From assembly GCA_040954595.2 (NCBI GenBank), contig CM082579.2, positions 14,608,550-14,672,549 on the forward strand: a stretch of 64,000 bases of DNA. Direction: 5' to 3'. Source of the DNA: Balanoglossus misakiensis. Taxonomy: Eukaryota > Animalia > Hemichordata. A model generated the notes under the pieces. It saw nothing but the letters and a program-made list of their open reading frames with translations, was not told the DNA's origin and ran no database searches. The position numbers and the translations under genes are program-made. The first letter of the stretch is position 1, and every line of letters begins with the position of its first letter. Below, piece after piece: positions 42,001 to 55,092 of the stretch.

Positions 42001-44129
42001 GAAAAAATCATGGGTGAAAATCATCAAAAAATGAAAAATTTTCGACTGCAAAATCTCAAAATTTCGTCGATTTTTGAAAAAAAAACGGGTGAAAATCATC
42101 AAAAAATTACAAATTTTCGACTGCAAAAACTCAAAATTTCGTCAATTTTGAAAAAAATCATGGGTGAAAATCATCAAAAAATGACAAATTTTCCTCTTTG
42201 CAAAATCTATAAATTTCGTCGATTTTTGAAAAATTTTCAACTTTGCAAAATCTCAAAATTTCGTCGATTTTTGAAAAAAATCATGGGGGAAAATCATCAA
42301 AAAATGACAAATTTTCGACTGCAAAATCTCAAAATTTCGTCGATTTTTGAAATAAATCATTGTTGAAAATTATCAAAAAATGACAAATTTTCCACTTTGC
42401 AAAATCTCAAAATTTCGTCGATTTTTTGAAAAAAGACGGGTGAAAATCATCTAAAAATGACAAATTTTCGACTTTGCAAAATCTCAAAATTTCGTTGATT
42501 TTTGAAAAAAATCATGGGGGAAAATCATCAAAAAATGACAAATTAACGACTACAAAATCTCAAAATTTCGTCGATTTGTGAAAAAAAATCATGGGTGAAA
42601 ATCATCAAAAAATGACAAATTTTCCTCTTTGCAAAATCTATAAATTTCGTCGATTTTTGAAAAATTTTCAACTTTGCAAAATCTCAAAATTTCGTCGATT
42701 TTTGGAAAAAAATCATGGGGGAAAATCATCAAAAAATGACAAATTTTCGACTGCAAAATCTCAAAATTTCGTCGATTTTTGAAATAAATCATTGTTGAAA
42801 ATTATCAAAAAATGACAAATTTTCCTCTTTACAAAATCACAAAATTTCGTCGATTTTTTGAAAAAAGACGGGTGAAAATCATCTAAAAATGACAAATTTT
42901 CGACTTTGCAAAATCTCAAAATTTCGTTGATTTTTGAAAAAAATCATGGGGGAAAATCATCAAAAAATGACAAATTTACGACTACAAAATCTCAAAATTT
43001 CGTCGATTTGTGAAAAAAAATCATGGGTGAAAATCATCAAAAAATGACAAATTTTCGACTTTGCAAAATCTCAAAATTTTGCCAATTTTGAAAAAATCAT
43101 GTGTGAAAATCATCAAAAAATGACAAATTTTTTACTGCAAAATCTCAAATTTTCGTCGATTTTTTAAAAAAATTGTTGAAAATCATCAAAAAATGACAAA
43201 TTTTTGACTGCAAAATCTCAAAATTTCGTCGATTTTTGAAAAAAAATCATTGTTGAAAATCATCAAAAAATGACAAATTTTCCTCTTTGCAAAATCTCAA
43301 AATTTCGTCGATTTTTGAAAAAAGACATGGGTGAAAATCATCAAAAAATGACAAATTTTAGACTTTGCAAAATCTCAAAATTTCGTCGATTTTTGAAAAA
43401 AAATCATGGAGGAAAATCATTAAAAAATGACAAATTTACGACTGCAAAATCTCAAAATTTCGTCGATTTGTGAAAAAAAATCATGGGTGAAAATCATCAA
43501 AAAATGACAAATTTTTGACTGCAAAATCTCAAAATTTCGTCAATTTTTGAAAAAAATCATGGTTGAAAATCATCATGACAATGACAAATTTTCGACTTTG
43601 CAAAATCTCAAAATTTCGTCGATTTTGAAAAAAATCATGGGTTCGTCCATTTTTGAAAAAAAAACATTGGGTGAAAATCATCAAAAAATGACAAATATTC
43701 GACTTTGCAAAATCTCAAAATTTCGTCGATTTTTGAAGAAAATCATGGGTGAAAATCATCAAAAAATGACAAATTTTCGACTTTGCAAAATCTCAAAATT
43801 TCGTCGATTTTTGAAAAAAATCATGGGGGAAAATCATCAAAAAATTACAAATTTTCGACTGCAAAATCTCAAAATTTCGTCAATTTTGAAAAAAATCATC
43901 GGTGAAAATCATCAAAAAATTACAAATTTTTTACTGCAAAATCTCAAATTTTCGTCGATTTTTTAAAAAAAATGTTGAAAATCATCAAAAAATGACACAT
44001 TTTCCTCTTTTGCAAAATCTCAAAATTTCGTCGATTTTTGAAAAAAGACGGGTGAAAATCATCAAAAAATGACAAATTTTCGACTTTGCAAAATCTCAAA
44101 ATTTCGTCGATTTTTGAAAAAAATCATGG
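33076..44129 (+). repeat. 78/76-bp satellite array, right block
   Basis: Same monomer and orientation, rich in the 2-bp-deleted cgactgcaaa variant. Local duplications of 962 bp (33298/34260), 809 bp (35489/36298) and 1189 bp (38052/39241, 38880/40069). Confidence 0.99.
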
Positions 44130-45082
44130 CAGGTGTCAAAGGTATCCCCCTGTATTTGGCATTTCATGATAGTTTCATCCCTCCAAATACCAAAGCTGCA
44201 CCTGTACAACGGGATGAGATATGGCACTGTATGACAGAGGTCATCAAAATCACCTTATACATTTGGGCAAAAACCAACTGACACTTACATTCGTCCCTGT
44301 GGAACAAAAACCACACCTATCGCCCTGTTGGTTAGTGTCCAATTAAATGTACAAAATCAATGACTTAGGCAGGTGCAACAGGTGACCCCGCCTTTGGTAT
44401 ATCATTATGGTCCCATCCGTATATGCCCCCCCCCCCCAAGCCAAAGCTGCATGCATCTTCTGTAGATGCTCACTAAGCAAAAGTAGGTGAAAGGTCACAT
44501 AAGGTCGCCCACAACTTGACGGGAAAATCGGACTTCATATTGATCCATGTGCAACAAATACCACGCTACCACCCCTTTCATTGACCCCACAATTACGCAT
44601 GCACATAATTATTGAGTTACGCAGGTGTCACAGGTGACCCCCGAATCGGGTGTATTATTTTGGTCCCATACAGCTGCATGTAGCTGCGTGCCGTTACGGG
44701 CGACCTGATAACCCACACGGCCACCTGCGGGCCGACCCCCATACTGAACGTCCAGTTGCAACATCACGACTGAAGTAGGAACTTTTGAACGGCAACGAAG
44801 CCTGATCTCTGATTATTGCTGGTACCAAACTCCCTTCGTGCAAGAAAATCACTGGTCTGCTGACGTATTTCAGGCAATTTCCCAAACTACTATCCACTAC
44901 ATGTGACTACAATGCTAATGAAACCTCCCACAACATTAGCGACTTAGAGTCAAAGCCCACTGCCAGTGTAGCCGGGTTTGCGTAGACACATTTGAATGGC
45001 AACAGCTAACAAATAATAACAATTCTTTATTTCAGACTTTAAAAAAAGTCCATATACCCAAAAGAGAGAAGAAAAAAAAACA
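44130..45082 (-). mobile_element. Degenerate truncated HINE-family fragment (two diverged ~240-bp repeats plus unique segment)
   Basis: gcaggtgtca.aggt motifs at ~44129, 44369 and 44621; aaagtaggtgaaaggtcac at ~44480; segment ~44800-44960 resembles ~59283-59446; no termini recognised. Confidence 0.65.
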
Positions 45083-48000
45083 ATTAAAGCTGCGAGCAGC
45101 ATTGTCGGGCCCAAGCGCTGATCTTGAATTATATATGCACAGTATGAATGAGAAGAAACAGAATGCTTTATCAGGTTTTTTATCTCATGACATAACAAGG
45201 ACGTATGTATTTTTGCTGCAGAAATAGAGTAAAGTAGGTAAAAGGTCACCTGAGGTCATCCAAATTTTGGGAAATTTTTTTTTATCCATATTCGTCCATG
45301 TCCAACAAAAACCAAAACTCTAGCTCTATTGGTTCGTCTGTAATTAGGTATGTGCATATTTAATGAGGTCAGCAGGTGTCTCTGGTGACCCAAAAATGTG
45401 GGTTTACATTTTGGTCCCATCCTGCCAAATGCTAAGGTTGTATCTGCTCTGGATGCTGAGATATGCGAAAGTAGGTCATAGGTCACCTGAGGTCACCAAA
45501 CATTTGGGCAACATTTTTTGACCCATACTGGTCCATGTCAAACAAAAACTAAAACTCTAGCTCTATTGGTTCGCCTGTAATTAGGTATGTGCATATTTAA
45601 TGAGGTCAGCAGGTGTCACAGGTGACCCAAAAATGTGGCTGTACATTTTGGCCCCATCCTGCCAAATGCCAAGGCTGTATCTGCTCTGGATGCTGAGATA
45701 TGCGAAAGTAGGTCAAAGGTCGCCTGAGGTCACCAAACATTTGGGCAAAATTTATTGACCCATACTGTTCCATGTCCAACAAAAACTAAAACTCTAGTTC
45801 TATTGGTTCGCCTGTAATTAGGTATGTGCATATTTAATGAGGTCAGCAGGTGTCACAGGTGACTCAAAAATGTGGCTTTACATTTTGGTCCCATCCTACC
45901 AAATGCCATGGCTGTATCTGCTCTGGATGCTGAGATATGCGAAAGTAGGTCAAAGGTCACCAGAGGTCACCCAACATTTGGGCAAAAAATTTTAATCCCA
46001 TACTGGTCCATGTCCAACAAAAACCAAACCTCTAGCTCTATTGGTTCGCCTGTAATTAGCTATGCACATAATTAATGAGGTCAGCTGAGGTCAAAGGGCT
46101 CATGAAAAGTAGCAAAATATTTTGATCACACACTAATCCACATTCATCAAAAACCAAACGTCTAGCCCTATAGGTTAGCCTGGAATTAGATATGCAGAAA
46201 TAATAATGCGTGATAAGTAGGTCAAAGGTCATGTGAAAAATCGCCAAAAAATTGTAACATATTTTAGTCACATGACGATTGATATCCATAAAAAGAATTT
46301 GTATGCTATCAATTTTTAGACTAGAAAAAGGAATGTCAATTTTTCACTGCTTTTTACAAAATCCAATATGGCCGCCATAATCTTCGACCAATCACAATGC
46401 TCTTTGCAAACTTGATAGACATCAGTGTAGTGACCATACTCCCCGAATCTTGCAACTCAGTCATCTCCCATTCTGGAGAAGAAGATTTTTGGAGTTTAAC
46501 TATGGTTTTTCGAAAATCCAATATGGCCGCCATAATCTTCGACCAATCACAATGATCTTCGCAAACTTGATAGACATCAGTTAGGTGACCACATACCCCA
46601 AACCCCGTGTCTCGGTTATCACCGGTTCTGGAGAAGAAGATTTTTGAAATTTAAGCCAGATTTCACAAAAAAAATTGTAGCAAAAAAACTGCAACATTTT
46701 GAGCAAAATTTCCAATTACAAAAATGATGGGTAGAAGGTAGTCTACCTGTATGCCAAATTTGAAGTCTATCTGACTTGTAGTTTCTGAGATCTGAGATTT
46801 GCATTTTTTCAGAAAATCCAATATGGCCGCCAGATCACGTGACTAATTAAGTATTCACAAGTCACTGCACATCTACTCATTGACCTTGACCACTGTAGCA
46901 AGTTTGAGAAGTGTACCTGCAGTAGTTTCAGAGATCTCGTTGGCCGAAGAATTGACACAAGAATAAAGAAAGAAAGAAAGATTAAAGCTGCAAGCAGCAT
47001 TGTCCGGGCCCAAGCTCTATTATCTGATCTGATTATTAGATATGCACATAATTAATGAGTAGAAACATAATGCAGTGTTTTATCCCATGAAATATCAAGG
47101 TTATATCTATGTTTGGTGCTGATATAGTGTTAAGTAGGTCAAAGGTCACCCAGGGGTCACCCACAATTTGGGCAGAATATTTTGACCCATAGTGGTCAAT
47201 GTCCAACAAAAACCAGACCTCTAGCCCTTTTGGTTAACCCGGAATTAGGTATTCACATAAATAATGCGTAAAGCAGGTGTCACAGGTGACCCCACAACTT
47301 TGGCTTTTCATTATGGCCCCATACCTCCAAACGCCAAGGTTGTACCTGCTTTGGATGCTGAGATATGCAAAAGTAGGTCAAAGGTCATCTGAGGTCACCC
47401 AAAATTTGGGTAGAAAATTTTGACCCATAGTGGTCCATGTATAACAAAAACAAAACCTCTAGGTCTATTGGTTCATCTGTAATTAGGTATGTGCATATTT
47501 AATGAGGTCAGCAGAGGTCAAAGGGGTCATGAAAAGTAGCAAAATTTGTTGATCACATACAAATCCACATACATCAAAAACCAAACTTATAGCCCTATTG
47601 GTTAGCCTGGAATTAGATATGCAGAAAAATGATGCGTCAAAAGTAGGTCAAAGGTCATTGCCAAAATTACCAAAATATTTATAGCTTATTCTTGTCATAT
47701 GATGATTCATATCCATAAAAAGAATTTCTGTGCTATCAATTTTTAGGCTAGAAACGGAATTTTTACTTTTTAATCGTTGTTCACAAAATCCAATATGGCC
47801 GCCAAAATCTTCGACCAATCACAATGATCTTCGCAAACTTGATAGACATCAGTGTAGTGACCATACTCCCCAAATCTTGTGACTCGGTTATCGCTGGTTC
47901 TTGAGAAGAAGATTTTTGAAATTTTACTAGGGTTTTTCGAAAATCCAATATGGCCGCCATAATCTTCGACCAATCACAATGATCTTCGCAAACTTGATAG

Positions 48001-50407
48001 ACCTCAGTTTGGTGACCACATACCCCAAACCCAGTGTCTCGGTTATCACCGGTTCTGGAGAAGAAGATTTTTGAAATTTAAGCCAGATTTCAGAAAAAAA
48101 ATTGTAGCAAAAAAACTGCAACTTTTTCAGCATAATTTCCAATTACAAAAATGATAAGCAGAAGGTAGTCTACCTGCACGCCAAATTTGAAGTCGATCTG
48201 ACTTGTAGTTTCTGAGATCTGAGATTTGCATATTTTCAGAAAATCCAAGATGGCTGCCAGGTCATGTGACTAATTAGAAATTCAAGGGTTCAATGCACGA
48301 CTACTCATTGACCTTGACCACTGTAGCAAGTTTCAGAAGTGTACCTGCAGTGGTGTCTGAGATCTAGAGCGACAAAGAATTGACACAAGAATAAAGAAAG
48401 AAGAAAGAAAGAATATAGCTGCAAGCAGCGATGACGGGCACAAGCTTAAGCCGAAGGTCAAAGGTCATATGTGGTCACCCAAAATTTGGGCAAAAAGTTT
48501 TGACCCCCATACTAGTCCAGGTCCAACAGAAACCTGACCTCTAGCCCTATTGGTTTGTCTGAAATTAGAAATGCACATAATTAATGATGTAAAGTGGAAG
48601 ACTCCATTAATAGTTCGATCCATCCAAACACAAATGATGTACCTGCTCTGGATGCCGAGATATAGCAAAGTAGGTCAAATGTCACCTGAGGTCACCCAAA
48701 ATTTGGGCAAAATGTTTGACCCCATACTGATCCATGTCCCACAAGAACAAAACCTCTAGCCCTATTGGTTAGCCTGGAATTAGGTATGCACATAATTAAT
48801 GAGATATGCAGGTGTCACAGGTGACCCCCAATTTTGGCTTTTCAATTTAAGTCCCAACCCTCCAAACGCCAAGTCTGTACCTGCTGTGAATTCCGAGATA
48901 TAGGAAAGTAGGTCAAAGGTCACCTGAGGTCACCTAAAATTTGGGCAAAAATTTTTGATCCCATACTGGTCCATGTCCCACAAGAACAAAACCTCTAGCC
49001 CTATTAGTTAGCCTGGAATTAGGTATGCACATATTTAATGAGTTAAGCAGGTGTTACAGGTGAGCCCAAAATTTTGCCTTTTATTGTGGTCCCATTCTGA
49101 TCACGGGCCAATAGAGAGTCACTGTACAGGACCATTGCACAGCCAACGTGGACATAGCGTGATAGCTTAACTATAGAAAGTATAGGCCTATGGCTGGGTC
49201 CAAAAACATGAAAAATAAAAAAATCTTCTTCTCAAAATAGACTTGGCCCACGGCCTTGACATTTGGCATGTAGGACACTGACCACATGGTCTGCAAAAAT
49301 CCCTAAAAGAATTTTGATATCTCCATTCATATGCAAATTAGGCCCATTTGAAAACTTTGCCCATATATGGTCATCAGGTCACATGACTTATTAAACATTC
49401 ACGAGGGTACAGCACCAGCTCTCATAGGCCTGCATCAGTGTGCCAAGTTTGAGATTTGTAGGTTCAGCCGTTTTCAAGATCCTGTTGGGCAAAAAAACGA
49501 CACAAGAAAAAAAAAAAGAAGAATTAAAGCTGCAAGCAGCATTGTCCGGGCCCAAGCTCTATTATCTGATCTGATGCTGATATAGTGTTAAGTAGGTCAA
49601 AGGTCACCCGAGGTCACCCAACATTTGGGCAAAATATTTTGACCCCATACTGGTCCATGTATAACAAAAACAAAACTTCTAGGTCTATTGGTTCATCTGT
49701 AATTAGGTATGTGCATATTTAATGAGGTCAGGAGAGGTCAAAGGGGTCATGAAAAGTAGCAAAATTTTTGGATCACATACAAATCCACAAACATCAAAAA
49801 CCAAACTTATAGCCCTATTGGTTAGCCTGGAATTAGATATGCAGAAAAATCATGCGTCAAAAGTAGGTCAAAGGTCATTGCCAAAATTACCAAAATATTT
49901 ATAGCTTATTCTTGGCATATGATGATTCATATCCATAAAAAGAATTTCTGTGCTATCAATTTTTAGGCTAGAAAGGGAATTTTTACTTTTTAATCGTTTT
50001 TCACAAAATCCAATATGGCCGCCAAAATCTTCGACCAATCACAATGATCTTCGCAAACTTGATAGACATCAGTGTAGTGACCATACTCCCCAAATCTTGT
50101 GACTCGGTTATCGCTGGTTCTTGAGAAGAAGATTTTTGAAATTTTACTAGGGTTTTTCGAAAATCCAATATGGCCGCCATAATCTTCGACCAATCACAAT
50201 GATCTTCGCAAACTTGATAGACCTCAGTTTGGTGACCACATACCCCAAACCCAGTGTCTCGGTTATCACCGGTTCTGGAGAAGAAGATTTTTGAAATTTA
50301 AGCCAGATTTCAGAAAAAAAATTTCAGAAGTGTACCTGCAGTGGTGTCTGAGATCTAGAGCGACAAAGAATTGACACAAGAATAAAGAAAGAAGAAAGAA
50401 AGAAAGA

Positions 50408-52125
50408 ATTAAAGCTGCAAGCAGCATTGTCCGGGCCCAAGCTCTATTATCTGATCTGATTATTAGATATGCACATAATTAATGAGTAGAAACATAATGC
50501 TGTGTTTTATCCCATGAAATATCAAGGTTATATCTATGTTTGGTGTTGATATAGTGTTAAGTAGGTCAAAGGTCATCTGAGGTCACCCAAAATTTGGGCA
50601 GAAAATTTTGACCCATAGTGGTCCATGTCCAACAAAAACCAGACATCTAGCCCTTTTGGTTAGCCCGGAATTAGGTATGCACATAAATAATGAGTAAAGA
50701 AGGTGTCACAGGTGACCCAAAACTTTGGCTTTTCATTATGGCCCCATACCTCCAAATGCCAAGACTGTACCTGCTTTGGATGCCGATATATGCAAAAGTA
50801 GGTCAAAGGTCATCTGACTTCATCCAAAATTTGGGCAGAAAATTTTGACCCATAGTGGTCCATGTCCAACAAAAACCAGACATCTAGCCCTTTTGGTTAG
50901 CCCGGAATTAGGTATGCACATAAATAATGAGTAAAGCAGGTGTCACAGGTGACCCAAAACTTTGGCTTTTCATTATGGCCCCATACCTCCAAACGCCAAG
51001 GCTGTATCTGGTGTGGATGTCGAGATATGCAAAAGTAGGTCAAAGGTCACCCGAGGTCACCCAACATTTGGGCAAAATATTTTGACCCCATACTGGTCCA
51101 TGTATAACAAAAACAAAACCTCTAAGGTCTATTGGTTGATCATTAATTAGGTATGCGCATATTTAATGAGGTCACCAGAGGTCAAAGGGGTCATGAAAAG
51201 TAGCAAAATTTTTTGATCACATACAAATCCACATACATCAAAAACCAAACTTATAGCCCTATTGGGTAGCCTGGAATTAGATATGCAGAAAAATGATGCG
51301 TCAAAAGTAGGTCAAAGGTCATTGCCAAAATTACCAAAATATTTATAGCTTATTCTTGGCATATGATGATTCATATCCATAAAAAGAATTTCTGTGCTAT
51401 CAATTTTTAGGCTAGAAAGGGAATTTTTACTTTTTAATTGTTTTTCACAAAATCCAATATGGCCGCCATAATCTTCGACCAATTACATTCCTCTTCGCAA
51501 ATTTGATAGACATCTGTTTAATGACCACACACACCAAATCTTGTGACTCAGTTATCGCCGGTTCTTGAGAAGTAGATTTTTGAAATTTTACTAGGGTTTT
51601 ACGAAAATCCAATATGGCTGCCATAATCTTCGACCAATCACAATGATCTTCGCAAACTTGATAGACATCAGTTAGGTGACCACATACCCAAAACCCCGTG
51701 TCTTGGTTTTCACTGGTTCTGGAGAAGAAGATTTTTAAAATTTAAGCCAGATTTCAGAAAAAAAATTGTAGCAAAAAACTGCAACTTTGTCAGCATAATT
51801 TCTAATTACAAAAATGATGGGCAGAAGGTAGTCTACCAGCTTGCCAAATTTGAAGTCGATCTGACTTGTAGTTTCTGAGATCTGAGATTTGCATTTTTTC
51901 AGAAAATCCAAGATGGCCGCCAGGTCACGTGACTAATTAAAAATTCAAGGGTTCAATGCACGACTACTCATTGACCTTGACCACTGTAGCAAGTTTCAGA
52001 AGTGTACCTGCAGCGGTGTCTGAGATCTCGTGGGTCAAAGAATTGACACAAGAATAAAGAAAGAAAGAAAGTAAAATTCCAACGAAACCAATACGGGCCC
52101 AAGCCTGGCTTGGCTTGGGCCCGTA
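50408..52125 (-). mobile_element. HINE E5 (B-like), uninterrupted full-length copy nested in E4
   Basis: B-type head at 50408; ~240-bp repeats; (GAAA)n runs directly into its own hairpin tacgggcccaagc-ctggcttg-gcttgggcccgta (52092-52125). Confidence 0.87.
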
Positions 52126-55092
52126 ATTAAAGCTGCGAGCAGCATTGTCGGGCCCAAGCGCTGATCTTGAATTATATATGCACAGTATGAATGAGAAGAA
52201 ACAGATTTTAATATCGGATGTATTATCTCATGACATAACAGGGATGTGTGTATTTTTGCTGCTGAAATAGGGTGAAGTAGGTCAAAGGTCACCTGAGGTC
52301 ACCCAACATTTGGCCAATTTTTTTACCCATACTGGTCCATGTCCAACAAAAACCAAAACTCTAGCTGTATTGGTTCACCTGTAATTAGGTATGTGCATAT
52401 TAAATGAGGTCAGTAGGTGTCACAGGTGACCCAAAAATTTGGCTTTACATTTAGCTCCCATCCTGCCAAATGCCAAGGCTGTATCTGCTCTGGATGCTGA
52501 GATATGCGAAAGTAGGTCAAAGGTCACCAGAGGTCACCCAACATTTGGGCAAAAAATGTTGACCCCATACTGGTCCATGTTCAACAAAAACCAAACCTCT
52601 AGCTCTATTGGTTCGCCTGTAATTTGCTATGCACATAACTAATGAGGTCAGCAGAGGTCAAAGGGGTCATGAAAAGTAGCAAATTTTTTTGATCACACAC
52701 TAATCCACATGCATCAAAAACCAAACGTCTAGCCCTATAGGTTAGCCTGGAATTAGATATGCAGAAATAATAACGCGTGAAAAGTAGGTCAAAGGTCATG
52801 TGAAAAATCGCCAAAAATTTGTAACATATTGTAGTCATATGACGATTGATATCCATAAAAAGAATTTGTATGCTATCAATTTTTACACTAGAAAAAGGAA
52901 TTTTAATTTTTCACTACTTTTTACAAAATCCAATATGGCCGCCATAATCTTCGACCAATCACAATGCTCTTTGCAAACTTGATAGACATCAGTATAGTGA
53001 CCATACTCCCCAAATCTTGCGTCTTAGTTATCGCCCGTTCTGGAGAAGAAGATTTTTGGAGTTTAACTATGGTTTTTCGAAAATCCAATATGGCCGCCAT
53101 AATCTCCGACCAATCACAATGATCTTCGCAAACTTGATAGACATCAGTTAGGTGACCACATACCCCAAACCCCGTGTCACGGTTATCACCGGTTCTGGAG
53201 AAGAAGATTTTTGAAATTTAAGCCAGATTTCAGAAAAAAAAATTGTAGCAAAAAAACTGCAACATTGACAGCAAAATTTCCAATTACAAAAATGATGGGT
53301 AGAAGGTAGTCTACCTGCATGCCAAATTTGAAGTCGATCTGACTTGTAGTTTCTGAGATCTGAGATTTGATTTTTTTCAGAAAATCCAATATGGCCGCCA
53401 GGTCACGTGACTAATTAAGTATTCACAAGTCACTGCACATCTACTCATTGACCTTGACCACTGTAGCAAGTTTGAGAAGTGTACCTGCAGCGGTGTCTGA
53501 GATCTCGTTGCCCAAAGAATTGACACAAGAATAAAGAAAGAAAGAAAGATTAAAGCTGCAAGCAGCATTGTCGGGCCCAAGCGCTGATCTTGAATTATAT
53601 ATGCGCAGTATGAATGAGAAGAAACAGAATTTTCTATCGGGTGTATTATCTCATGACATAACAAGGACGTGTGTATTTTTGCGGCTGAAATAGGGTAAAG
53701 TAGGTCAAAGGTCACCTGAGATCACCAACATTTGGGCAAAAATTTTTGACCCATGCTGGGCCATGTCCAACAAAAGCCAAAACTCTAGCTCTATTGGTTC
53801 GCGTGTAATTAGGTATGTGCATATTTAATGAGGTCAGCAGGTGTCACAGGTGATCCAAAAATTTGGCTTTACATTTAGGTCCCATCCTGCCAAATGCCAA
53901 GGCTGTATCTGCTCTGGACGTTGAGATATGCGAAAGTAGGTCAAAGGTCACCAGAGGTCACCCAACATTTGGGCAAAAAATTTTGACCCCATACTGGTCC
54001 ATGTTCAACAAAAACCAAACCTCTAGCTGTATTGGTTCGCCTGTAATTAGCTATGCACATAATTAATGAGGTCGGCAGAGGTCAAAGGGGTCATGAAAAG
54101 TAGCAAAATATTTTGATCACACACTAATCCACATGCATCAAAAACCAAACGTCTAGCCCTATAGGTTAGCCTGGAATTAGATATGCAGAAATAATAATGT
54201 GTGAAAAGTAGGTCAAAGGTCATGTGAAAAATCGCCAAAAATTTATAACATATTGTAGTCATATGACGAATGATATCCATTAAAAGAATTTGTATGCTAT
54301 CAATTTTTATACTAGAAAAAGGAATTTTAATTTTTCACTGCTTTTTACAAAATCCAATATGGCCGCCATAATCTTCGACCAATCACATTGCTCTTTGCAA
54401 ACTTGATAGACATCAGTGTAGTGACCATACTCCCCGAATCTTGCGACTCAGTCATCGCCCGTTCTGGAGAAGAAGATTTTTGGAGTTTAACTATGGTTTT
54501 TCGAAAATCCAATATGGCCGCCATAATCTCCGACCAATCACAATGATCTTCGCAAACTTGATAGACATCAGTTAGGTGACCACATACCCCAAACCTTGTG
54601 TCTCGCTTATCACCGGTTCTGGAGAAGAAGATTTTTGAAGTTTAAGCTAGATTTCAGAAAAAAAATTGTAGCAAAAAAACTGCAACATTGACAGCAAAAT
54701 TTCCAATTACAAAAATGATGGGTAGAAGGTAGTCTACCTGCATGCCAAATTTGAAGTCGATCTGACTTGTAGTTTCTGAGATCTGAGATTTGATTTTTTT
54801 CAGAAAATCCAATATGGCCGCCAGGTCACGTGACTAATTAAGTATTCACAAGTCACTGCACATCTACTCATTGACCTTGACCACTGTAGCAAGTTTGAGA
54901 AGTGTACCTGCAGCGGTGTCTGAGATCTCGTTGCCCAAAGAATTGACACAAGAATAAAGAAAGAAAGAAAGCCGGAAAGAAAGAAAAATTCCAACGAAAC
55001 CAATAGGGCCCAAGCGCTTGCGTGCGCTTGGGCCCTAAAAAATTCCAACGAAACCAATAGGGCCCAAGCGCTTGCGCGCGCTTGGGCCCTAA
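52126..55092 (-). mobile_element. HINE E6 (subfamily A), nested in E4 next to E5; body 52126-53548, tail 55039-55092
   Basis: A-type head attaaagctgcgagcagcattgtcgggcccaagcgctgatcttg; A-type tail. Confidence 0.8.
53549..55038 (-). mobile_element. HINE E7 (subfamily A), innermost uninterrupted full-length copy nested in E6
   Basis: A-type head at 53549; body continuous through (GAAA)n into tail 54986-55038. Confidence 0.87.

Noticed and set aside
2249-44129. Many ORFs with MGENHQKMTNFRLCKISKFRRFLKKI repeats
   Set aside because: Artefact of a 78-bp monomer with a stop-free frame; constantly frameshifted by A-run length changes.
2249-44129. CENP-B box
   Set aside because: TTCG and CGGG both occur, but I did not see them at the TTCGnnnnAnnCGGG spacing.
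45083-54985. Simple head-to-tail rolling-circle concatemer or ~1.4-kb satellite
   Set aside because: Adjacent units belong to different subfamilies, most lack their hairpin in place, and the missing hairpins appear downstream in mirrored order.
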